Of a DNA stretch of 64,000 bases, positions 26,405 through 39,900 are shown in pieces (the first letter of the stretch is position 1; the number at the start of each line of letters is the position of its first letter). This DNA comes from Bilabrum cf. latius. Taxonomy: Eukaryota. The stretch is taken from NCBI GenBank assembly GCA_965178125.1, contig OZ237737.1, forward strand, positions 744,001 to 808,000, read 5' to 3'. Both the position numbers and the translations under genes were made by a program. Under the pieces are notes generated by a model. It was not told the origin of the DNA. It ran no database searches and saw only the letters and a list, made by a program, of their open reading frames with translations.

Positions 26405-27577
26405 ATGGACAGTGCTGCAGTGAACCTGAATCCAGCACCGGCGGCTGTCACAGAATTGCTTTCTGCGATCCAAGAATTCCAACAGGCCGCCACGAGCGCG
26501 TCACCATCGGCAGACTTTGCTGGAACTGTAGGTGATGTGAACAAGGTCGCTGGAGAATGCATTCGAGAATTCAGCTAGGCCTACGGAGTGGCATGCAACC
26601 AGCTCCAAGAGTCAGCGTCCGCTCAAGCAGACCCGGACTCTATTCGTCGTGAAATTGTGAAGCAGCAAGGACCAAAGTACGACATTGTAGCAGCTGTTCG
26701 TGCATGTGGACGTGAGATCGACGCGTCGACCGAGGCCTCTGCGGCTTCGCTTGCGAGCGTGCCTGCTCTCTCTCGAGCACAGTGCTGTGCTGCCGTCGGA
26801 CAGAGTCGAATCGCCAAAAGGCTTGCTGCGCAGCTGGAGCTCGTTGTATGGCGTACGTTTGACTGGTTCGACTCGATTGCGAGCTAGTCCTTTGCGGGTG
26901 GGAACGATGAGCCAGATGCAGATGACATCCAGGCATCTCGAGAAGAAAGCACCAAAGCTAGGCTGCAGAAGGCGACAAGAGACTTATAGGACTCCTCTTG
27001 GGATATCCTGGCTAGCGCCGCCCTGCTCCGAGCGTTCGCCAAAGCATTGATGGATCCGCTAGCGCCTTTGGCTGCCGGCCCGTGGCACGAGTGGTGCAAG
27101 GAAGCCGGGAAGCAGATGAGCACGGGCTCCAGCCCCGCTCCTGGGCCCCTCGAAAGAATTACCCAGGCGATCCAGCGGGCGAACGAAGACTGCGATCGCA
27201 TTGCAGCTGCAAGATCAAGTCCGTTTGCGGATCCCTCCGCACTGTTGCCTGCGTCCAGCACCTCGGGAGTAGCGGGCAGCACCTCGGCCGACAGCACGAC
27301 TGGAAATGGGAAGGTTGACATAGCCCATGAAACGGGTCAGAATTAGGAAGATGCTGAAGACAGCGCAGCCCTTGCATCGACGGACCAACAGGGGCCAAGG
27401 GGGGGCGAAGCAGCAGAGTCCAAGGCCTTGGAGCCTTCTGACGTGCTACCAAATGGGCCGGACTACAGGTCGCCTGTTATAGAGGCAGGAAATGAGCAAA
27501 TCAAGCAGCAGGAAGGCAGCGATGGCGGCGGTTCCGATGGGCCACCACCTGCCGGCTGCGGATGCGTAATCTCCTAA
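26405..27577 (+). CDS. Hypothetical protein (390 aa) with C-terminal CaaX prenylation box, terminated by TAA
   Basis: ATG 26405; frame broken only by TAG at 26576, 26885, 26987 and 27344; ends PPPAGCGCVIS-TAA (27575-27577). Confidence 0.75.
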
Positions 27578-27934
27578 GCTGCTGTACGGTGTTTCGAGCA
27601 TCGCAGCATTTCCTACTTGTTAGACATGCACGTGCCTGTTATGTATCAATTGATGCCCTTATTCAGTACATTGTCCGGCGCTACGCCGCACTTCTTCAAG
27701 AAACCAGATTCCGGAACCTCCGTCTAGGCCTACGCGGCGCCCGGCCGCGGATCCATCATGTTGCGACCACCTGTGCATCGCGCGAGCAATAAGGTTTCGC
27801 CGTACTCCTGCTGTCTCTAGAAGATACAACGAGCCCATATGGATGACCTGTAAATAGTAGCTAAGTTATATAGTCTAGGGCATCTCACGAAAAGCGGCCT
27901 CAACTGGCTGAACGAGAAAGGACACGGGGCCGTC

Positions 27935-30900
27935 ATGAGGTTTCTGACGGTGTTTGCGCTGCTACTGTGCAGTCATGTTGCAAGGTAAGAGCACATCTAT
28001 ATATTTATATGTTATGACATATCATCTTGTTGTCTTGACTGTGCTCAGCCCTTGCCATAGTAAAGTCCAAACTCGTGGCATGCCTCGGCACAAGGATTTG
28101 TGCGTAGTACTGCCCTTGAAGCTGGCCATCTGCTCGTCCTGCACGACTCTCGCAGAGCTACTGCAATAATTGCACCTGAACTGAGCGGTGTAACTTTCTC
28201 AGTGGCGGAAGGAGCCGCAAATGGCACCGCAATCGGCCCTATCATTGCTGTGGTGAACGCCACAGGCGCCGTGCAATACAACCTTACAGCACTATTCAAG
28301 GGCGGAGGATCTTAGGTGGTACTTGGCAGCAGTCCATTTGCCTTGGTTCCATCTGGAATCAATGCAACAAGAATCGTTGCTTCAGAAATAGCAACGGACT
28401 TTGAAGACGTCTCGTCGTACCAGCTCAACATATCAGCTACCGCCAATGCATCCTCTGTGATGTTTGCTGTTCCCGTCACGGTTTCGAATGTGAACGAAGC
28501 TCCTGTCATCGCCACGTCGCCGGCCGCAGTGTGCAACATCTCGGAGAACTCACCCGTGGCGACAGCGTGCCAATTCAACACCACCGGCGGCTTGACTAGC
28601 TAGCTGTCAGCGACGGACGTGGATGCCGGCGATACGATCTCGTGGTCACTGACTGGGTCCTCTGTGACCGGGGGCTTGTCTTGGTACAGCATCAGCTCCA
28701 GTGGAGTGATCGCGCTGACCGCGGCAGGCGCCGCTGCGTGCGACTTTGAAAATGCCACGGCGAGGGCAGTGGACCTGACCGTGCGAGCCGAGGACGGGGG
28801 CGGCCTGTTTGACGAGTACCTTGCGCGCGTTCGAGTTTCGAATGTGAACGAAGCTCCTGTCATCGCCACGTCGCCGGCCGCAGTGTGCAACATCTCGGAG
28901 AACTCACCCGTGGCGACAGCGTGCCAATTCAACACCACCGGCGGCTTGACTAGCTAGCTGTCAGCGACGGACGTGGATGCCGGCGATACGATCTCGTGGT
29001 CACTGACTGGGTCCTCTGTGACCGGGGGCTTGTCTTGGTACAGCATCAGCTCCAGTGGAGTGATCGCGCTGACCGCGGCAGGCGCCGCTGCGTGCGACTT
29101 TGAAAATGCCACGGCGAGGGCAGTGGACCTGACCGTGCGAGCCGAGGACGGGGGTGGTCTGCTTGACGAGTACCTTGCGCGCGTTCGAGTTTCGAATGTG
29201 AACGAAGCTCCTGTCATCGCCACGTCGCCGGCCGCAGTGTGCAACATCTCGGAGAACTCACCCGTGGCGACAGCGTGCCAATTCAACACCACCGGCGGCT
29301 TGACTAGCTAGCTGTCAGCGACGGACGTGGATGCCGGCGATACGATCTCGTGGTCACTGACTGGGTCCTCTGTGACCGGGGGCTTGTCTTGGTACAGCAT
29401 CAGCTCCAGTGGAGTGATCGCGCTGACCGCGGCAGGCGCCGCTGCGTGCGACTTTGAAAATGCCACGGCGAGGGCAGTGGACCTGACCGTGCGAGCCGAG
29501 GACGGGGGTGGTCTGTTTGACGAGTACCTTGCGCGCGTTCGAGTTTCGAATGTGAACGAAGCTCCTGTCATCGCCACGTCGCCGGCCGCAGTGTGCAACA
29601 TCTCGGAGAACTCACCCGTGGCGACAGCGTGCCAATTCAACACCACCGGCGGCTTGACTAGCTAGCTGTCAGCGACGGACGTGGATGCCGGCGATACGAT
29701 CTCGTGGTCACTGACTGGGTCCTCTGTGACCGGGGGCTTGTCTTGGTACAGCATCAGCTCCAGTGGAGTGATCGCGCTGACCGCGGCAGGCGCCGCTGCG
29801 TGCGACTTTGAAAATGCCACGGCGAGGGCAGTGGACCTGACCGTGCGAGCCGAGGACGGGGGTGGTCTGTTTGACGAGTACCTTGCGCGCGTTCGAGTTT
29901 CGAATGTGAACGAAGCTCCTGTCATCGCCACGTCGCCGGCCGCAGTGTGCAACATCTCGGAGAACTCACCCGTGGCGACAGCGTGCCAATTCAACACCAC
30001 CGGCGGCTTGACTAGCTAGCTGTCAGCGACGGACGTGGATGCCGGCGATACGATCTCGTGGTCACTGACTGGGTCCTCTGTGACCGGGGGCTTGTCTTGG
30101 TACAGCATCAGCTCCAGTGGAGTGATCGCGCTGACCGCGGCAGGCGCCGCTGCGTGCGACTTTGAAAATGCCACGGCGAGGGCAGTGGACCTGACCGTGC
30201 GAGCCGAGGACGGGGGCGGCCTGTTTGACGAGTACCTTGCGCGCGTTCGAGTTTCGAATGTGAACGAAGCTCCGATTCTCAGCTTGCCCGCTGACGCAAG
30301 TTTGGTCGTAAGAGAGAACAGCCCTATCAACACAGAGATTGTCACCATGTCTTCAACGGATGAAGACACCGGTGATACTGCAGCGTTTGGTATCTTTCCA
30401 CCGCGTGGAGACTCCTTTGATTGGTCATCAGCAGGAAATGATCGACTGTTTGGGGTCGTGGTCTCAACCGGTGTTGTGAGGACGACGTCAACAGTGCTGG
30501 ATTTCGAGCGTCTGCCATATAATGGAAGTGTGCTACTCACATTCGGCGTAACGGATGCCGGCGGACTACGCTCATCCATTTCCAGGAACGTATCTGTCAT
30601 CGATGTGAACGAAGCACCCTTCTTCACGCCCCTCGATTAGCCCAATGTCACCCTCACTACCGGGTACGACATGGCCGTCCTAGAGAATGCCACGGCCACC
30701 ACGGTCCTTGGCTCCGTCCGCTGCTCAGATGAAGACACCACACACAGCGGACAGTCCGAGTACGCTTTCGTGCAGTCAGGCTCCGGGGCCTCAGCTGTGC
30801 TCGGGCAGGTAGACCCGCGCGGCATGTACCAGATAGACAGCAGCAGCGGCACCGTGACTTTGGTTTCGCAGCCAGTGCTGGGCCACGAGAACGCCACACG

Positions 30901-33900
30901 CAACGCATCGGACCTGATCGTGCGATGCACAGACCCAGGCCTCCCGTACGGCGGACCTCTGCGAGCGGAGACGGATCTTCGGGTGCGTGTGCTGGATGTG
31001 CCTGAGACGCCTGTGCTGCAGGACCAGACGCAGTGGCTGTTCGAGAACGAGCCTGAGCTGACGAATCTGCGGCCCGGTCCGTTGGGCGGCATCGACGAAG
31101 ACGTCGGGGAGACAGAGCAGCTGACGTATGAGCTTCGGTCGGGCAGCGCTGTGCTGGGCATCGGGGGTTCATCGCCAGTAGTGTCGGTGGTTGCATCGAC
31201 CGGGCAGCTCCGTCTGAGCCGAGCAGGTGTGTTTGACAAGGAGAACGTGACGACGCGCGCGGGATGGGTGATTGCTCGTGCGACCGACCCGACAGGTCGA
31301 TTTGACGAGGCCAACGTGACGATCGACGTGCGGGACGCGAACGACGCACCCGCGTTCCCCGCCAATGCAGAGGCTCTCTACACCTTTTAGGTTCAAGAGA
31401 ATAGCGCCAATGGTACCAGCGCAGGTACTCCAGTCCTTGCAACAGACCCCGACGTTAGTGACATTGGCGGCCTCCGCTATGCAATCAGCCGTTGGTGGAT
31501 CCACGGGGGCATGCTGGACGGAAGATCGTCCTTGGTCAACCCCGGGAATGCTGCTCGTCTGCAGCTGATCATCGACGCGTAGTCCGCGTAGTTGAGCGTG
31601 TTACTGGCCTCTACAGATGAAGAACTCTCGCGAGAGGCGACATACTAGTACGTTGCGGAAGTAGTTGTGACTGACAGAACTGGTGCGACAGACGCGGTGA
31701 ATGTCACCGTGAACATATAGGACGTTGCAGAAGCACCGGTGATCACGACGACAAACCGCACGACGTGCACTGTGCCTGAAAATTCCGTGCCAAACACCCC
31801 CTGCTCCCTCTCATCCGGGGGCATCCAGCTGGCATCGATCGATCAAGATGAACGTGATCTCCCTAGCAACATGACGTACATCATCGACTCAACTGTCCTT
31901 GATGGCAGCTTTGGATACTTTCAGGTCGATGCTACTTCTGCTGCTCCACTCGGCCGGCATGGTGCCATTCGCCTAACTCCCACCGGGGCTGCAGCGATCA
32001 ACCACGAGGACGAGTCGGTGGATTCCTTTGCGATACTTGTGAGGGCAAGGGATCCCGGAGGCCTACTGTCCGAGCCGGTTCAAATCAACATCGTTGTGTC
32101 TGATGCCCAGGAACTTCCGTACGTCGTGCCTGGTCAAGTGTTCTATGTTTCGGAAAACAGCCCAATCAACACGCGGATTGCCGGCAGCGTGGCGGCTGTA
32201 GATCCAGATCAAGCAGATGAGAGCAATCTCCAGCTGTCGCTGGTTCAACCGCGTGACGATGGAGTAAGCTGGGCAACACCCAGCTCTTTCTTGTTTCGAA
32301 TAAATTCCAACGGGGTATTGCGCGTTGATTCTAACGTCCTCGACTTTGAGCAGTGGGAGCAGCTGGCTGGCAGGAACGGGACACACAACCTAACTGCCAG
32401 GGTTCAAGACACGACAGCCAACTCTACGACTGAGTGGTTCTTAATTAGAGTCATCGATGTGAACGAAGCACCCTTCTTCACGCCCCTCGATTAGCCCAAC
32501 GTCACCCTCACTACCGGGTACGACATGGCCGTCCCTGAGAATGCCACGGCCACCACGGTCCTTGGCTCCGTCCGCTGCTCAGATGAAGACGCCACACACA
32601 GCGGGCAGTCCGAGTACGCTTTCGTGCAGTCAGGCTCCGGGGCCTCAGCTGTACTCGGGCAGGTGGACCCGCGCGGCATGTACCAGATCGACAGCAGCAG
32701 CGGCACCGTGACTCTGGTTTCGCAGCCAGTGCTGGGCCACGAGAACGCCACACGCAACGCATCGGACCTGATCGTGCGATGCACAGACCCAGGCCTCCCG
32801 TACGGCGGACCTCTACGAGCGGAGACGGATCTTCGGGTGCGTGTGCTGGATGTGCCTGAGACGCCTGTGCTGCAGGACCAGACGCAGTGGCTGTTCGAGA
32901 ACGAGCCTGAGCTGACGAATCTGCGGCCCGGTCCGTTGGGCGGCATCGACGAAGACGTCGGGGAGACAGAGCAGCTAACGTATGAGCTTCGGTCGGGCAG
33001 CGCTGTGCTGGGCATCGGGGGGTCATCGCCGGTGGTGTCGGTGGTTGCATCGACCGGGCAGCTCCGTCTGAGCCGAGCAGGTGTGTTTGACAAGGAGAAC
33101 GTGACGACGCGCGCGGGATGGGTGATTGCTCGCGCGACCGACCCGACAGGTCGATTTGACGAGGCCAACGTGACGATCGACGTGCGGGACGCGAACGATC
33201 CTCCCGTATTCACGACGAACAACACGTTCGCCTTCGAAGAACACCACCCGGTGGATGGAACAGCCGTTTTTACCGTCATGGTATCGGACCAGGATGCCGA
33301 TGGGATTACCTACCACATCGACAACTGGTTCCCAAGGACAGCGGTGCTGAGAAATATCTCTACTGGACTGCAGATGCCGCCACTACGGGTCGTGACAGTT
33401 TCCGGTGGGGGACCTGATGGCTTGAACATTGGCTAGCTCCGCCCCACGATTGATTACAACTTTGAGGACCCCACGCACCCCCGGAGCGGCTGGGTTGACG
33501 TGCGTGCCCAGGACGACAACCGCCTTGGCAAGCACGCCGGACCCCAGAGTGCCACAATGCGCGTGAACTTCGTCATCACGAACGGCTAGGACAACCCAAC
33601 TGCTAGTCCGGAGCAGTTTTTTGCTGTTGCAGAGAACAGTCCACCAGAAACGCCGATAGGCCGGGTGCTTGCTGCTGATGAGGATGCGGGCTCCTAGGGG
33701 CAGTCCCTTGCGTATCAGTGGGTTGAGGAGAGCGGAAATGCCCTCCGTTGGGTGCACCTTGATAACAGCACCGGAAACCTTACTTTGCGATCGGCTCCGG
33801 GATACCCAGCAGTTACCATTTGGCCTGGTCAACCAACTGGGCTTGACCACGAACGAGAACCCGTCCTGCGAGGTGTAGTTCTCGTGAGTGATTCAGGTGG

Positions 33901-36900
33901 CCAAGCATCTGATTCTGGGTCGCTTCAAGTCTTCGTGAACGTTTCGATTGCGGTACTGGACTTGAACGAGCCTCCAGTGCTTGCACCCAGGACGGTATAT
34001 TTGCCAGAGAACATGGCCACACCTGGTGGCGACGGTATCGGGAGAGGTCAAGCTGCGGTAGGATCGCGTATCCAAGCAAACTGGACGGACTGGAGATACA
34101 CAGGTATCAACGGACGAACGAAGTACGCCTCTCGAGTGGATGAGTACGACAGCATATTGCCTTCACTCCAAGATCACTTGGATTCTGCCGTGTTCGCACT
34201 TGATCCGGATTTTCCCGGCGATCGCTCGAGTCAGAATAACTACTAGCCTCTGCGATATGTGCTGCACATGCTGGAAGGACGCGGGTATACCAATGATGCC
34301 TTGGATGGGAACAGCACGACGTGGACGCCGTAGAACGCAAGCGTAGTTCAGTTTGATGTAGACCTGGCCCGTGGGCTGTGTGAAAATGATACGCTGCGAG
34401 TCGCAACTGCTTAGGCTGAGGGGTCTGAGGCAGAGAATCTGTACTGGCAAGTGGGCTGTGATTACTTTGGCGTAGGAAGATCGCCCAGTGCGCGATTTCA
34501 GTTTGAAATCGAGAACTTCGGACCCGAAGCCGTGATCGGTCCGAATCCCACGGCCATATCAGGCAATGACACTTTTGTAGGCTACGACAACGCTTGCACG
34601 GCGAACTTAGCAGAGTATCTGGATTTAGTAGAGGCAGGGGTGCTATCCAGTCACATGGAGGCTGGTAACTTTACCTTGTTGCCCCAGTGCAACTTCTCGT
34701 CCTTGGTATCAGACTCAAAAATGGCGGTGCAACGTCTGTATCCGTTCTTTCTTGGCATCCATCCGTCATATGGCATGATATTCCTGGCAAATGGAACTTT
34801 GAATGCCGAGTTTAGGGACAGTGGTCACGAGCCATTCTACCAAGTGCTCGTCTCCGTGTACGACAGCCCACGGGCTGCAAGTGGGAGCAGCCCGCTGCAG
34901 CCAGAGCGCCTAGTGTAGCGAGTCGTTGTGAATGTTAGCATTGTCGACGTAAAGGAACGTTCATTTGTTGAGACTCTTAACGGGGAAGCAGACTTGCTGG
35001 GTCAGGAGAGTGCCGAGTTGGGGTAGTACATCGACGAGAGTGACGTTGGAAGTCCACCATCGGAGAATGTCGGCTTGCAGATTTTCGATGAGGACGACGA
35101 AGACCTCTACATTTCCATCGAGACAACGTAGGAGCTACCAGACGGGCAGCTTGTCCAGATGTTTGGAATTGAGGGTCTGCAACAGACCTACAAGATCCCG
35201 CGTCCGCCAGGCAGGGGGGTTCCAAGACCACCTGTGGGCGTCACCGCAATCGACGACCTCCGCTCCGGGACGCACCAGGTGGAGATTCGAGTGCTGGATC
35301 CTATCGATTTTGACGAGGTATTGTCACCGGCATGGAACACTACGACGATTGCGAGGGCGCCTGTGCCCCCGGAAGAAGAGGGTGCCCTCGGTGAGCCCAT
35401 TGTATCAGCAGAGGCGGATGGCACAACGAGCTTGCTCCTGTCCACCCCCGCTACCCCCCTTTCGATTGCCATTGAGGACAGGAATGAGCCCCCAGAGTTA
35501 CGAGTCGGATTGTTCCCAATTTTTGTCCCGGAGAATGCGACGGCAGGCACGGTGCTCGGGATCGTACATGGCGATGATCCAGATATGTTCCAGGACCTGA
35601 GCTTCTCCGTCACTGGTACACTGCAAGAGTATTTTGAGCTACGCCCTATCCTAACCTCGGAAGCGGACCACCGCGCTTTCCTGGAGTCCGAGAAATTGCT
35701 GAAGGAAACGGAGGCAATCCCGTGCGAGGTGCGCGCCAAGTTTGCGAGGCAATCCGGCATCGTCAGGAGTGCCGAGCTTGTGCTCGCATTGGATGCCCTG
35801 GACTACGAGTCGGTGAGAGCATACGGCGTCGACATAAATATTCAAGACGATGCGTACCTTAACATTCTGCGGAGCTCGATAGGCAGCGGGCTGCAGCAGA
35901 GGTACAGCTTCTTGGATCCGCGCGGGAACACAATACCTGCCTGCGTGGGCGACCAGCAACCCGTTGCCTACCAATACGACTCTCGAGATGCCATCTAGGA
36001 CGTTCAAGCGAATGGAAACCTCGTAGTCGTCACTGATATTGACGATGTGCCGATCGTGGAAGAAATCTTCACCACGAGCCCTGCAGGGCTGGGCACTGGA
36101 GGCGGTCAGTCTGTAGCTTTCATCGGAAAGAATCTTGGTTCGGGCGTTGCACCAGGACCAAACATTCCTTTCGTAGTTTCAGCTTCCTACATGAATGCGC
36201 AGGGCGATTCGTTCCTCTTCCAGGACTGCGTTGTTCGCGAGGCTCACGTGCGGCTGGCTTGCTCCTCTGTGCCGGGGTTCGGCTCTGGGTACCGTGCTAG
36301 GATCTGGATGAACGTGCTCCAGAGCCAGTTGGGGGGTCTCGACGCCGGTGGTGACTTTTCTACTCCTGTCAATGAGGCTTATCTGAACGGCCAAGGACTC
36401 GAAAAAGAAGTCCCGCCTGCCGCCTGGAGGGCATTGGAAACTACTGGGATTGTTGCTCCCTCAACTTCAACTACCCAGGGGCAGGCAGTGATTGCACAGT
36501 AGGCCTCTAGGAGACGGGTAGTTCAGTTTTCCAACTGGACAATAGACTTGATAACATATGCACCCCCTTCCATCAAGAGATTCGATGGTCCTGGAGCCAT
36601 TGACTCCCTCACGACCGGCGGTCAGCAGATCGACATCATTGGGACTGATTTTGCGACGATTTAGAGCCAGCAACTGGAGTCTGTTTTCTATGGTCCAGCT
36701 GGTTTTGAGTATTAGGCCTTGAATTGCTCCGTAACACAGGACCACCAGCGGATTTCGTGCACAACCGTCGAGGGTGTGGGCGAGAACATCCGCTGGGTTG
36801 TCACGGTGGCTGGGCAGAGATCAGAGACGCCTACCACCTAGTACGAGGTGCCAGAGATATCGGACGTCGTTGTGGTTGGCAACGATCTCAGGGTGCTAGG

Positions 36901-39900
36901 CAGAACTAGCGGCATTTGCAACCTGAGCCTTTCGGAGGTGATGCAGGATCTGCAAGACGGCTGGTAGTCGAATCAAAACACCACTCAGGCAGACGTGGAG
37001 TACACGTCGGGTGTGACCTTCCTAGACACCGTTGGATAGGAGCTCTTGTTCATATGTGGATCTGGTTTTGGGCCTTCCAATGCATCGACCGGGAACCAGG
37101 TTGATGATGTTACCTATGGCTTGGTAAATGGCTTTGATACAGGCGGTCTGGCAACTTTTGACGAAGTGGTGCAATTCCGAGCGGATGACTGCATCGTCGC
37201 AGTATCACACCAGGTGATCCGGTGCATCACTTCCGGTGGCGTTGGTGCGAACTTGCAGGCTCGGGTGACGATTGCAAGGCAAGTCTCCTAGCCCTCGCAG
37301 GCTCTATTGAGCTACAAGCCCCCCAAGATATTGGAAGCTGTCGTGTCAGCAACTGGGGCTGGAGGTGCTGGGGCAGGAGAAGCGCCTACCGCAGGCAACA
37401 ACGTGCAAATCCAAGTAAGTGGTGAGAACTTTGGGTCTAGGTTGTTCTAGCCAACAGTGCGGTACGGCAGTACCACTGGTAACGCGAGCAGGGCTGAGGC
37501 CGCAATCCAAGCAACTAGTGTTAATCCGATAGGCGAGTCACTGGTGACATTCAATTTGCCGCCTGGTCATGGCAAGGCATGGCCCTTGGAAATCGAGTTG
37601 CGAGGCTAGGTTAGCGAGACACACTTGGGCTTCGGATACTCCAGGCCTCACATGACTCGTATTGAGTACATCAGTGGAACTCGCGATCAGCTCCCGATCC
37701 GGCTGAGGCTGTTCGGCCGAAATCTTGGCGAATGTTGCTGGCTGCGACGCATGGCTGATCTGGGTGGCGTGTACGGAATCTACAGAAATGGCACTTCCTT
37801 TGCGGCAAAACCGGAGGTCTATGATAGCCTCAAGAGCGAACCGTGGCTATTGAAGCGCGGCAAGCTCTCCGATAAGGACCTGGAGGACCTTGGAGGCAAG
37901 CATAATCCTCCCTTTTGCGATACTGACCCTACTCATCCGATCTGCGTAGAGACAGATTTGGCTGATCCTCCCCAGTTCTCCAAAAGGTCCCTGGAGTAGA
38001 TTAGGAATTGTCGTTGCTACGAGCCGCACGCATTCGATCATGTCCCGTCGGACTCGCCGATCATACCAGACATCAGAAATCAAGCAGTGCTGGCTTCTCC
38101 TTGGCGCGAGCGCGTTTCGATCATTGATGCGCCCGGCACTGGCGACAATGGCACCATGAATTTGGAGCTACAACCCCTGGTAAATAACACAGAGCAGCAG
38201 TCTGAATGTTTCATTACTAGGGTGACGGATTCGGCAATCGATTGCTTGCTGTATCGGTTAAGTGGTCAGATGACGGTGTTCATCGGCGGGCAAGCCTCCA
38301 CCGGGCAGGACGCATTCGCCGATCCCAGCGAATGTCCGATTCCCCTAGACGTCAATGGGGAGTGTGGGGTGGATGCCCTTGCCTTCAGCTATTCTGATGT
38401 CAGGAATGCTCCGTCCATCGATACGGTGAATACCTATCCCACCGCTAACCGTCCCATACCAACCACAGGCGGTACTGTCATGTTGATCCAGGGTTCGAAC
38501 TTTGGACAGCAAATTGGTGACGTTGAGGTACGGTGGTACCGGCCAGATCAGTCAGACGCTGAGTAGCCTGAAAGCGTGTCACTCCGCAGCAAGGGGTTGC
38601 TATCCCAGGCCAATTGGACCGATGGGGATATTTGGTTCGTCACTCCACCGGGATACGGAAGGACTCAAGTTGTCGTTAGCATCCCTGGCACGTTCCCGCC
38701 GAAAACTGCCTCTAGTTTCTTTGACTACAGCAACCCTGAGATAACTTCGCTTGAAAACAACGCGGGACCTACCAACGGATATCTGCCCGATCATGTACGC
38801 GACTCGCTCAGCTCTAGTTCAACTGTCACCGATGACTTTGATGTTTATCCCAGGCCCAGCCCCGATAACGACACATGCGAGCCGGGGGAGGCTCGATAGG
38901 GCAAGCTCCCCTGCTGGAAGGATTCCGCCCTCGTACAGGGAAAGCAACTTGTGATCAACGGCAACAACTTCGGCCCGCCTCCCACTACGCTCCGCTTCGG
39001 CGAAACCTCGACTAGCAGGACCATCGCAGGAGTAACAACCACTATCACCGGGAAAGACGGGAAAGAGCGGCAAGTAGACTACCCTCGCGCCGATTTCGAG
39101 TTTTGGTACAACCACCCAGACGAGGCAACGCGCAACTCTCTGCGGCAAATCGTAGAAGATCTCAGGGCCCTCGACCCGACCACTGGCGCATACGGCACCC
39201 TGCAGATCCGACTGGAAGGTTTGAAGCAATCCCTGAGAGAGCAAAGGCTCGAGACCCTCTCACAGCGTGGCACAACGGAGAACTACGTGGAAGTCGGTGG
39301 CCGTCTATGCCCCCACTCCTTTTGGGATAACACTCGCATTGTGTGCAAGCCTCCAGAAGGCACTGGCAATAGCGCAGTTGTTGTACGCGTCTTCAATCGC
39401 TAGGGTGGCCCTGACGGGTCATATACTGGAAGTGGATCCGGCTGGACGTATGTCTACGATAGCCCCGTAGTAAAGCACGTGTACATGGAGGCTGACCCTG
39501 GGCGTCCCACCCACGGTACCACCGACGGAGGCGAACTCGTCATCTTGGAGGGCCGAAACTTTGGGCGGTACTTCAGTGAGTCCACGATACGGCCTCAGAT
39601 CACCATCGGGTCTCTCGACCCTATCGATGTGGTAGCTCCTCTGAGGACGAATCCGGCCACCTGGTACCACAACCGCTTGGTATTTCGCTCCCCTGAAGCA
39701 ACTCAGCCCGAATCCATGGGTGCAGAGATAAATATCACAGTGTCGCTCGGTAATGTGCAGTCAGAGCCAGTTGCTCTGTTTGGCTTTGACCCGCCGATCA
39801 TCACAAGCATCCGCGAACGCGTGAGTCCTCAGGATGATGATCCTAACGCCGGATGGGGTTCGGTGTTGATGCCAGAGTGGGAGCGCGTGAACGTCTCGTT

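Noticed and set aside
28481-30272. CRISPR array or transposon-like repeat
   Set aside because: Units are 354 bp with no spacers or terminal repeats, and each encodes one in-frame cadherin domain.
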